DNA of 64,000 bases from Utricularia gibba (lineage: Eukaryota; Plantae; Magnoliophyta), in NCBI GenBank assembly GCA_002189035.1, contig NEEC01000009.1:2728001-2792000 (forward strand). The letters are read 5' to 3'. A model generated the notes under the pieces. That model worked only from the letters and a program-made list of their open reading frames with translations, did not search any database and was not told the origin of the DNA. Shown here in pieces: positions 1-15,169 of the stretch; the first letter of the stretch is position 1; each line of letters opens with the position of its first letter. Made by a program: the position numbers and the translations under genes.

Positions 1-3153
<3,153 letters not shown>

Positions 3154-3790
3154 CTTCATCTGACCATTGATGACTGCTAGGAAGCGCTAAAAGACCCCTT
3201 AGCAGGATTTTTCTGCGGAGATCATCTTGCAACCAGGTGAGTGATGCTCTCTGCCTCTTGATGATCCTCAATCCCAACTAGGTACAGAATAACTTGGCTG
3301 ATGAGGTCGTGGCGAACTTCCATTCCTTTAGGGAACAATGGAAGCGCTCTAGGCCTCGTATCAGGTTGGTTCCATTCAACCAAACTGAGATTTTGTAACA
3401 AGATCTCACATGCTTTTGATATCAGATGATTACAACTTTTTTTTTTAGCTTCATATTCATGGAGTTCAGATGGGATGATGCATCAGCATTCTTCTTGTTA
3501 CACTCAGCAGATCGATGCTGGATGGCCGAAAGGCATTGGATGTTCTCTTAAACCAGGGCAATGCAACAAAGATCCAAATTCACTGATTTTGACATCTACA
3601 TATAAAACTGCAGTTGCTCACTATGATAAACGACCGCTTATTCATGAAGTGGGACGATTTGATTGTCATGGAAATCAGCACATCACACCAAATCATTAAG
3701 GTGCAGCAGGAGAAAGTGATGGAGCACATTATTACCATGGCATCCGATGCATAGACAAAGTCAGGCATGTGCAATCAGATTTGGTGTCCA

Positions 3791-5050
3791 TCAAGCTTTC
3801 TTCTGTAACCACTCGAAGAATTTAACCTGCGCTGCCATGGTGTCCACCCTATATAACTGGTACCAGTGGTTAGCAACTTCGATTCCGAAAGTGCTACCGA
3901 CTACAGCTCCAAAGGCGAAAGACAAAGCGGCACCTGCTCAACAGATGGGCATTATATCAGTTAGTCATCAACACATAATTCCATGAACCTAATCACTTTT
4001 TCAGATCAAGAGTGAATAGTGTTGCGCAGTCATTTCTGAAATCTCATTTTACACTTCGCTCATAATGAGAATGCAAAATGAGAAGCAAGCTCCCATTCTA
4101 TTCTACAATTTCTGAATGCTTGTGCAGAAGCAAATTCACAATTATTCATAAAACAGTCCGATTCTCATTTGCAAAGTAAGAATGCAACAAATCAGGCATC
4201 TGTGAAGCAATTTTTGGGCGTGAAAATACAAATGCAGAACAAGGCCATCATTGAGTGCTGATTAGTGTGCAATGAGCATGATCACAGAGCTGTTCTTATT
4301 TAAACCAAAAGCCTCATGACAAAAGAAAAAGCTTGCCGTGCAAACTCCGCGAATATTTCCAAGCAAATCCAGCAGTCGAAACTGCTCCAACAGCAGCACC
4401 TACAGCCCCAAATTTAGCAGCTTCCCTTGCAGTTTTCAGCTGAAGCAAATGGATCATATGGAGAAGAAATATGAGTGGGATTAGCAAATGGACTGAAATG
4501 AAATCATGATTGCATTTAATGGAAACCAAACTGAGACTCCCTGTTGTAACTACCAAGATAAAGAGATATCGACGTACGACAAACCAAAAAGTTCCATGAA
4601 AATGCAAATCCCGAACAAAGAAGATCTAAACACAAACGTAACAAGATTCCCAAAAGCGATCACCATACTCCAGGAAAATGCTAGAAACCCTAGTTTCATG
4701 CTTTTCATTCATATAGATCAGAAAACGAAACGTCCTATAGAATATATCATACACGAATCAAAACCTAACAAGACCGAAAGAAAAACGGGTTGAGATCTCA
4801 TAAATGGAGCAACGAACGACAGGATTCATACAGCAGGACCATGGACGGGATCGGAGGCGATGAATTCTTCGACAACAGCTCCATCCCAATGAGGCAAAGG
4901 CGTCTCCGGGTTGAGAAATCTGGAGTAATTGTTGAGAAACGAGAATCTCTCACCCCAAAATTCCTTGTATCCTTCCCAGTATTTCCTTAAGGCGTTGGTT
5001 CCATCTTCACTCCAGTCCTTTGATTTCGGTGCCTGGGCTTCAACGCTCAT
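3791..5050 (-). CDS. SDH6: Succinate dehydrogenase subunit 6, mitochondrial (plant-specific)
   Basis: Exons 5050-4832, 4439-4337, 3933-3791 give FWGERFSFLNNYSRF...EEFIASDPVHGPA|LKTAREAAKFGAVGA...KYSRSLHG|AALSFAFG...EVANHWYQLYRVDTMAAQVKFFEWLQKKA*, matching the plant SDH6 pattern. Confidence 0.9.
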
Positions 5051-7191
5051 CTTCTCCGAAACCGGCGGTCACAAGGTTTCCTGTTGAAGATCTTCCCCAG
5101 CTTCTGCAAAGACCCTCACCTAAACAGGAATGTTGATTATTTTTCTTTTGTTTTGTTCTTGGGACCAATTTTTTTAAAAAAATATTTTGCATTTTAAATA
5201 TATTTAAAAATTATCAGATAATTAAAAATAAAATGTATTTTTTTATTTCTCCAATTATATTATTATAAGAAACTTAATTGTCTTCTAATTTCAAAAAAAT
5301 TCTTTTTTTTTATCTGCCCACATCATTAATCGCACGAACTTGTAAACCATAATATAAATTAATAATTTTAATTTAAATATTATGTAAAAAACTAATCTTT
5401 TTTATATTATATTTATCAAAACTACATAAATTAAATATTTTTATGTTAATCTCATCAACCAAATACAACTGTTACGAAACAAAAAAAGAGGAGTAGAAAG
5501 ACTGGGATGCAAAGTATGAACAGCATGAAGAAGCAAGAAGACTGGGATACTATTCCTATATCAACTACACATTCAGAAAGCAGGTAGAAGCATCACAAGT
5601 GGTGCAGATACAAGAGATGTGCCTTGTCCTTCCTGTAAGAAGGAAGAGCTACACATCAACCTGTGTGCAAAGATCTTTCCTGAAGAGCAAGAGCTATTCT
5701 TTCATTCATTAAAGCATCAGAATCTGAAACAGCAGGTAGGAGCAAAATCCCACTATCAAGAACATGGCCAAACAAGTTGCGGTATGCAATATATGCACAT
5801 GAACTTGAGGAGAAGTAGACAGTCTAGGGATTAATCATAATATAAAGGCGTATTGTATAATCTGCAGTAGAGGTTATGGCATGCTAAATGCAGTCAACTG
5901 AAATCCAATCCTTAAGCATGTCACAGGATGTAGGAATAGACACCAGAAGCACCAACAGATCATGGAAGCACAAGCAACAACATGTAAAGCGAGAAAAACA
6001 CCAGTAGAACCAGGAAAGCTGATGTCTTGCGACTGGCGGAGCAAACTCAGATGAGAAAAAAGAGCAAGACAGGGGAACATTTAAGCCGAAACTTAAAGCA
6101 TTAGGATTAGCTAACCATGCTAGTCTACAAACAACATGTAAAAGCATAAATGGATGATGGTTGCAGAATCTAATAGAAAACAAGCACTTATCTTTTTGGA
6201 ACAAAAGAAATCCGAGAGAGGCTGATCCTTCAGAGATGAATTCATCATCAGGATCGCCGAAGATTCCGGAAACCGAGAGAGGAAAGAAAGAGCGAGCAAC
6301 TGAGCCAGGGGAACAGAAATTCAGATTGAAAACTATGAGCTTCATAGAGAAACAGAAGTTCCATCTTCTCAGCATTTTACATCTCCACACTTTCCCATTC
6401 ACTCAACTGGCTCACCCTGCTCCAAGCCCTCCCATTCTCTCCGTTCTCCATTACGAAGAATCTCCCGCATCGCGATTCGGGGCCAGTTGGCTATTAGAAA
6501 CCCTAACATGAAATAATCTGTCAGCATCTCGCCACCTGAGCCTATTTCGCTCGACTCCAGTCCCAAATTTTCCACCAACGACAAGGAGAAAAGTTTCGAG
6601 AACCGGATATCGATCAGTAAAACATTACCGTGAAAGAGCACAGCCTCGCCGCCGTTCATGCTGGCGGCTGCTGTTTCTCTCCTCCGGTGGAGGGAATGGT
6701 TAATAAAAATTTATAACACAAATAACAAGACAACATTATTCCAAGAATTTATTACAAGACAAATGGTTATTTTAGTATAAAATGTTAGAGAAATTATTTT
6801 TTTTCAATTTAATTTAATCCTGTAAAAGACAGTTCTTTGATCTTTGGATCTTGATACTCACATTTGAGTCTGCGCAGCCCCTAGGAATTTAGAACTGGAA
6901 GCTGCACTTGGTTTCTCCCAATTAAGTTTCTGTTATCCAGAGCCCTAGTTCCCCAAATTCGCCTGAGGGCCAAAAGCGGAGGTCGAGGTTTTTGTTTTTT
7001 CTGTGTCTACTTGGGAGTTTTTGCCGGAAAATCGCTGCAATCGTCGTTGAATGGATTATCTTCAAGTTTTTGGTTGTTGCTTGCGTGCTGTTATTGTTGG
7101 ATTCCAAAATGACGTCACACTGTTGGCTTCAGTGAGCTTTCAACCGCGTTGAGAACACCTGTAGCGTGTAATCAACTCCGATCCCAAAACA

Positions 7192-10100
7192 ATGGCAGAA
7201 GACATGCTTGTAAATTTCACGTCCAACTCTTCAAATCAGTCAGACCAGTCGTCAAAATTAGCAAAACTTGAGGCAAGATTATTGGGCAAGGCGACTTCCA
7301 CAGCAGTCACACAGGCGCAAGTCCAGGTTACGCTGAATTCATCGTCTACCCCCGCTAGATTTGGTGGGGTGCTCTGGCGGAGTCACTGGAAGATAGCAAT
7401 GAGTCTGATGATGACGATGTAAGGCTTTGGATTGTTTAGTTACTTATGTTGTCTTGTTTTATTTACTCTCATAACTAACTCCATCCGACTGAATGATGGA
7501 ATTGAGTAATTATTAAATGGTACCATACACTCGTATGCTGGTAGAGTGGCTTGTCTTTGGAAATTTAAACATGTCCACGATCAGTGACTCCTAGTGACTA
7601 AAGCCTGAATGTATTGGCTTTTGCATTCTTCTTGTTCTCTATGTATGCATACATTCGTTACTGAGACTTCATCTCTACGTTCTCAGTATGGCATTGGTAG
7701 TCTTAAGTTGGCATATCAGGATTTTTTTGATGTTCATTTGCTCCATATCCGTGGTTCTAATATATTACTTCCTCGTTACCTGTTGGTGATTTCTTGTGTT
7801 TATTTGTTCATAGTGATTTGTTTTTTTGTCACATTTTCTCACCTTGGCAGAATGGAAGAGCCTTTCTTATCAAGGCCAATACTCCAAAACGTCTTAAGGT
7901 TGATGAAGAAGAGTGCGCCTCTACTGTTGCTGAAAAGTTTGAGGTATTCGGGTTCCTTTTCTAGTTTCCAACATCTTCATTTATGAGTTGTTTTCCGTTT
8001 TACCAGTGAGGTGCTTGTTCCTTCCGTTTTCTTTTTTCTGCTTGTTAAATTGAGATTGCTGAATCATTTTGCTTTTTTGTTCACTGGGTACTTTAGGGTG
8101 GTAATATTTCAGGAAACTCACACCAGGGAGCAGAAGATCGTATCAAAACCGCATTAGAGGCATCTGACTCGAGCAAAGTAGTTTCTGTCCTAAGTAAAAG
8201 AAAACAACCTCGTGCAAAAGCAAATCCTGCAACAGGAAGAGGTCGAGGTGGTCGATCTACTGATCAGGGAAAAAATCATAATATTTCTCCAGTAGTTGAT
8301 GATATGGGTTTCGTGCATGGCAAGGTGATACTTGAACTCATAGTTCTCAATCATGTTGACAATCTAAAACATCATGAAAGATTTGTGCTAGGACACTGCA
8401 CACCAGATAATGGAAAATTGTATTTCTTGTACACCTTTTCCCATTGTAAATGTTACTGTGATATATATATCTTTTTTGTTTGGATTGGTGTGTAGGATGG
8501 TTTCCTCAAGGATCAGTATGGACCTGATGGCCATTCTTCAACTGAGGTTCCCTCGCATGCTAAGCTTAGAAATTTGTTCTTTCAAAATATAAATCCAAGT
8601 TAAAATAATTTCAGCCATAACATCATTATTATTATTAAGTTTTCTTGAATAGGTATCATCCTGAATTGTTCTCCCTGATTATGTATCCATGGATTTAGGA
8701 TGAGGCGACGTCCTTGCATGCAAAAGTTGCCACCATGATGGAGGATATGAAAAAATTGCAAACAGAAGCCTCTGAATATCGAAATAGGTGTGAGAGTCTA
8801 GAAAAGGTACTAATGATAATTAATTCATCCCATACACTATATTTGATGTTAATAACTTGGTAGCTGAGTTCAGACTTTCACTCGTATTTCCCATCTGATT
8901 CAAATAGGAGCTTAAGGACTGGAAAGATAATGAACAGCAGTTAAAACCAAAGGTCTGTTAAGTTTTGGTTGCATGCTTTCCTTTTCATATACTCTTTGAG
9001 CGATATTTTATGTTTTGGAGTGCAGCCTATTCATTTTTTTGAGAATTATTATAAGAAAAATAAGCATTAAAATTTACTTCAAAGTATTAAGTAATTGTTG
9101 CCGTCTCTTCCTTGGCTGCAGAGAATGAAATTAATATCCGATTTATTGATATCTGTCTCAAAAGCTGAGAGGCAGGAAGCTAGGATGAAGGTACGCCAGG
9201 ATTCATTGAGACTTGGCAATGTAGGAGTCATCAGGTAATAGGTGGTTTTAGTTTTCCCTCTCATTTTATCTCCAGCAGTATATGGGGTAATATTTTGTCT
9301 CTAGTGAATCTCCTATGAAATTATTGAATCATGGAAAAAAATGCATTTTGCTGAATCTTATCACATTATCTAAAGTAAATGCATTTTTCAAGTGTTAGGA
9401 TCCTTCTTCATTCAACAGTGGTTTCTCTTACATTGTTTATGAACTTGATAGGGCTGGGACAATTATATCTGAGGCTTGGGAGGATGGACAAACACTCAAG
9501 GATCTCAATGCTCAACTTGTGTGTTTTACTTAATTTCCACCTTATTACATTCAATGAGCCCTTTAATTTTGTATTTTGTTTCACAATAATTATTTTTTTT
9601 CACGCAGAAGAATTTGTTGGAAGCGAAAGAGGCTATTGAAAGGCTGAGAAAATCTCTGAAGAAACGTCAGACAGGTAAGGTTTCTGATATCGTTTCACTT
9701 CTTTAGCTGGTTTAGATGGGCATTTCCAAGAACAGCTAATTCCTTTTTCTCATCATTTTTTATATGTATTTTCACAGACCGCATCCGTCTAATGCATTTT
9801 GTTTCCTTCTAGATAAGGGTGAGGCGGCTGATACGGATGCTGGGGTTCAGGATGAAGATATCCTGATCCAGGATGAAATTTATAAATCTCGCATCGCCAG
9901 TATCAAGCGTGTCAGTTGATTACTTCATTGCATTATTGTCAAATCCTTTGTATTTCTCATAAGGTGAAAGTGAACTTTTTTTAGGAAGAAGAAGCCATCA
10001 TTCGTGAAAGAGATCGCTATGAGTTGGAAAAAGGAAGACTAATACGTGAAATGAAACGAATACGAGATGAGGATGGCTCACGTTTCAATAATTTCCAGAT

Positions 10101-11550
10101 ATTGAATCATCGCTACGCACTCTTAAACCTACTTGGTAAAGGAGGATTCAGTGAAGTTTACAAGGTCTGCATAGGCCAATGGCTACTTTATTTCAAAAAA
10201 AGGCTCATGAAATTTCTGTTTTTATGTTGATTCATATGTCATGTTTAAAACATGTTTGTAGGCCTTTGACTTGATTGATCATAGATATGTTGCCTGCAAG
10301 CTTCATGGTTTGAATGCTCAATGGAGTGAAGATAAGAAGCAGAGTTACATGCGCCATGCAATCAGGGAATACAAAATCCACAAAACATTGATTCACCACA
10401 ACATTGTTCGGCTTTGGGATATTTTTGAGATTGATCAGAACACATTCTGCACCGTTTTGGAGTACTGCGGAGGTATGTTGAATGCCGGCATAATGTACTT
10501 CTTCCAATGTCTCTATCCTTTTTTCCAAAAATCCCCATGGCCGGAACTGCTCATGGTATTGGTTATCTTCTTCTGGGAAAAACTTTTCTTGTTCATAAGA
10601 TAAATGTTACTTGTACACAGTATTAAAACTTCAGCCTTCATGATGATGGTGATGTTTCTTTCTTTCAGGCAAGGATCTTGATGCAGTGCTTAAAGCAACT
10701 CCTATACTTCCAGAGAGGGAAGCCAAGATAATCATTTACCAGATATTTCAAGGCCTTGTCTACCTGAATAGAAGAACACAAAAAATTATTCATTATGACT
10801 TGAAGCCTGGGAATGTCCTATTCGATGACTTTGGGGTAGCCAAGGTCACGGATTTTGGTCTTAGCAAGATTGTTGAGGATGATGTTGGTTCTCAGGGCAT
10901 GGAACTTACCTCGCAAGGTGCTGGAACATACTGGTGAGCACTCCAGTGATTTCTGGTACCTGCATCTGTTTTGATTATGGTCTCATAGTTGAATTCCTCC
11001 AAGTATTCGTCGTTTTAACAGTCTTCGAATCGATAAAAATCATTGTGAGCAATGACTCTTATCATAATTCAGGTACTTGCCTCCTGAATGCTTTGAGCTA
11101 AGCAAGACTCCTCTAATATCCTCCAAGGTAGCCATTTTCTTAGCAGCTACCGCCACCCCTCCTCTGTTCATTCTCATCCCCTTGCTCTTCAGGTGGATGT
11201 CTGGTCGGCCGGAATCTTAATGTACCAAATGCTATTCGGAAGACGGCCATTTGGACATGATCAATCACAAGAACGAATCCTGCGGGAGGACACAATCATC
11301 AAAGCCCGTAAAGTGGAGTTCCCATCAAGGCCGTCTGTGTCCAATGAAGCAAAGGTAAGCTCTGTCTTAATAGATTATGCCCCCTTTTGGAACTGCATTT
11401 CCCTCAATAACTCTCCACTTCAGTTGCTTATGCTGTTGTGTTGTACTTGTCCAGGAGTTTATCCGTCGTTGCCTTATGTACAATCAAACAGAAAGACCAG
11501 ATGTCTTGGCTGTTGCTCAAGATCCTTATCTGATTTTCACCAAGAAATGA
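7192..11550 (+). CDS. TSL: Serine/threonine kinase TOUSLED, 16 exons; apparent -1 frameshift in exon 1
   Basis: N-term [30 protein letters not shown], coiled-coil, kinase motifs [47 protein letters not shown]; last exon [11 protein letters not shown]...PYLIFTKK* (TGA 11548-11550). Confidence 0.96.
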
Positions 11551-11778
11551 TACAGGCGTAGTACACCCTGAATTCTCATAGATGGTGATGAAGAAGATGG
11601 GCAAACATTTTGTGATGTTCTAAGGAAGCCTTTTGAGGATTTTTTTTCCACCCATTCCAAGGCGTTGCCATCTCATGATGCACCTTTTTTGCAAGGATTT
11701 TCATTTTTCACTCAACTGTCAGATAGCAATCCACATCACAATTTGTCACCAGAGTTTCACCCACCGGCTGCGTTGTTA

Positions 11779-14490
11779 TCACCCGTGTAACAAGTCTTTC
11801 ATAGGATCATCGTGGTGTATCCTCTTCATCCTATATGCTTCCATGTCTTCATGGGTCACCTGTAGTACGATGGAACGTGGATTGAATGAAGACCAGAACA
11901 ATCCAATGGGAAACAAAACGACTTGGGAGAGCAACATGCTCTTTACCTCGTCATTCCACTTCACGTTGTACTTTCTTTTCCTTTCATCCTTTTCTTCGCT
12001 TCGCTTTTCATCCTCCTAATGGAAGCAACAGACAACGATTATATGCACAAGCCTCTGAGATTTCTAGAATGCAAATGACATTTGTATCATCATTACTAAG
12101 AAAAAAAACATCCCCCCCCCCGAAAAAAAGAAAAAAGGAATTTACCTTTTTAAGTGCTTCAGCTAATTTCTTCTGGTCCAATTCCAAATTATCAGGTACA
12201 TCTGATCCCCATGTTGCAAGTCTTTTATCAACAGCTTCTGCAGGTGCCTCTGGATTCATGTAGGATAAACATTTCAGGGGATTGCTCATTTGAGGAAAGA
12301 TGTGTTCACAGGTAAATCATATCAGGCATAGGATGGCTGAATCAGCACAAAACCGAAACCAGCATCACCTATTGAAAATAATGAAATAGCAAGAAAAGCT
12401 CCATACCTTCAGTTGCAGCTTTTCGAGCAATATTAGCTTTGATAAGATCCAATGCAGCTTCAGCTGCCTCAATGCCAGCAGCCCCAGTACAATAGCTGTT
12501 TCTCACCGTTTGCTGACAGCACTTGTATCCCCACTGGTGATCTTTCCACCAAGAACCCCAAACGCTAGTATGGTTATTTATGTAAACATCCTCCTCATAC
12601 TTGCTCTTCGGAATAGCAGACTCCTGTGGGTTTCAATAGCATCAAGGTTATGATAGGAAACAAATTTGCAGAGAAACAAAAAATAATAATTTTCTAACAT
12701 CTCCAAGCCATGCAGTTCATGCACAAGATTACCACAATAGCATTGGTGGTAAGAAATGCGGACAAATAAAGAAAGAACCAGCCGGACTATACCTGGCCTT
12801 TTATGATTCTACCAGCCCGATCGTATTCAACCTCCTTTTCACTTTGACCCAATAAAAGTTCTCTTGGAAGAACTTCTGCCGCCGCAGCATTGCCATACTT
12901 CTCCATGATTTTTTCTTTTGTTTGGGACTTCAACTTCTCCTTGTTAACTTTGAAATTTTTAAATAGCAATTCTGCTTGTGAAGGTGCTGCTTGCATGTGA
13001 ACATCATGACCCTTATCAAAGGCTTCCCAAGCATGAATGTTAAGCTGCTTAAATTCCAATGCTTGACCACTAACTCTGTTGCGGTTATCTCCCTGTGTTT
13101 TTCATAAGATTTTAGATACATTCTACAAGTTACTTCAAAGGAAAAAAATACAAGAAAAAGAACTAAAGGAACTCAAAGAACTGTAACTTACAGCATAAAA
13201 TTTCTCAGATGGGTCCATATCTGGTAAAGGATCCTCACGCATAGAACGAGTTTTAGGGTCATAATGTGCAGAGTTAACATCAAGATTAAGAAGATATTTT
13301 GCGGTATCCTCTCGAATACGCAAATTCCTGTTCAAGAAAAACTTCACGGGTCAAAAATAAAAATATTATGATAAAAAACTTAAACCGAAAACCAATATCT
13401 GCTATGAACAGAGTTATATTTAAACAAGTTGTAAATATGATTTACAATAACCCCCTAGGCATTAAAACGAGAAAGTAAAATGACCATACCTAACAGTACC
13501 AGTGCTACCACCACCAGTGGTACGGACACGCTTCTCAACCTTAGCAAAGTCCATCTGCTTACTCTCATCAACCTTAGCCTCATCAATTCTCAAGGAGTCT
13601 TCATTATCTTCATCATCACTAACACTATCTTTATCGTCATCATTATTTCTACCCTCTAACTTCTTAAGCTGTTGCTCCTTCAAATATTTGTTCCTAGCTT
13701 CATCCCTGGCTTCATACCTCTGGATTACATGAGCATACGAAGCAGCATCATAACCATTCCAACGATCACGCTTTCCATCATAGTCAAGCTCAATTGTCTC
13801 TATCTTCTCATCAGGAGCAATACCTTTCCCTGTCCATTTGGCTCCTGTTTTCCGAGGTCTCTCCACACATGATTTCTTATCATGTGTAATAGCTCCACAG
13901 CTACACATTCGAAAAAAGAAAATTAATGACAATCAAGAAAAATTACAGACACAGTAAATATAACTTAAACGAAAGCTTACTTCTCACAAGCACCCTTTCT
14001 GTACTTGTCTGCATGAAAGGTCTTAGCACCTCTTTCGTACCAAGATTTTGTGTAATTGGGATCAGACTTCCACTTCCGTTGATGTTTCAAACTCTGAAGA
14101 CGCACAAACACGATGAAGGTAGCATTTTTAATGCATAAAACAGATAATTGAGAAAAATCAGGAAAAGTTGGCACAGATAAAGCTGCATACAGGTCTCTCT
14201 GCATTGAGATACCACGGTGCTGAAGACATGTACTGTGGGATGTGAGGGTTAATTTCTTTCCCATCTTCATCTACTTCAGCAGGCGCAAGCCCAGCCTTTC
14301 GAGCCTCTTCTAGTTCAAGCTGTTTTCGGTGATCCTCTCTTGATTTAAAGGCAACTGCAGATTCAAATGTCAATCTTATATAGAAAAAGGATACCCGATT
14401 ACAAATGCGCTGGTTTGATTCCAATAAGTTTCAGTTTAAAAACCAATTGCATAACAAGAAAATGCAAAAGGTACCTGAAGAAGTAGCCAT
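11779..14490 (-). CDS. SLU7: Pre-mRNA splicing factor SLU7 (SMP1/SMP2-like), 10 exons
   Basis: MATSS|[42 protein letters not shown]; zinc knuckle [14 protein letters not shown]; [13 protein letters not shown]; [13 protein letters not shown]; [17 protein letters not shown]; ends [12 protein letters not shown]. Confidence 0.96.
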
Positions 14491-14863
14491 GATTTTCGCG
14501 GGAAAAAATCAAAAACCTCCAAAGAGCAAATCCTTGGCTGACTCTTCGTCAAGTAAGACAATATTCAGGTACAAGCTGCCCGAGGCATTAAATCAATCAA
14601 CATTGCAGCAAAAGACAAGAATATGCGACAATACTCGCCGTAGCCGAAATAAACATCCACAAACAAAATAAATCCAATATCAGAAATTAAAGTTCCTGTT
14701 TGGCGAAAGACTGCACCTGATTCAGAGAACGGAGAAAGACGAGATGATCAATGAAAATATTATGCCACTGCAAAATTAGGGCTTATGATTTGGGGGTGTT
14801 CTTCATGGCATTCTAGGAGATTATTATTCATTATTTTTAAATTAACTGGGCGGAGGCAGCCCC

Positions 14864-15016
14864 AGCCCATAGTCTCGTAAGACCAGGCTTAGCTTGAGCC
14901 CTATTAGGCCCATTAAATGAAGCTCATTTAAGAGGCCCAAGTTCTTTTCATTTCACTGAGGTGGCCGTATCGGGCCTGGTGTTAGGCTTTTGGTGAGCCA
15001 TGTCCCGGGTTGGGCT
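14864..15016. promoter_or_regulatory. Cluster of site II (TGGGCY/RGCCCA) TCP-binding elements in the SLU7/PPR divergent promoter
   Basis: AGCCCA 14864, GGCCCA 14907 and 14934, TGGGCT 15011, between two divergent start codons. Confidence 0.55.
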
Positions 15017-15169
15017 TTTCAAGGCCCGCCATGCCGAACAGCGCTCTTCTGTATTCTGTACTTTTGAGTTCGGAAGGTGTGGCTTCCGCGGCGGATTCCG
15101 GGAAGCGAAATGCTGAAATGATTTTTGAGATTCTTGTTTGTAGCATCTCGTTGAATCCCAAAGGAAGCC

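Noticed and set aside
3237-3281. Possible 3'-UTR intron in UBP (CAG|GTGAGT...CTAG)
   Set aside because: Only 45 nt, below usual plant intron size, with no other support.
6224-6255. Mini box C/D motif TGATGA...CTGA with terminal stem
   Set aside because: Only 11 nt between the boxes, no room for a guide, and the K-turn register does not pair. Kept only as part of a hairpin.
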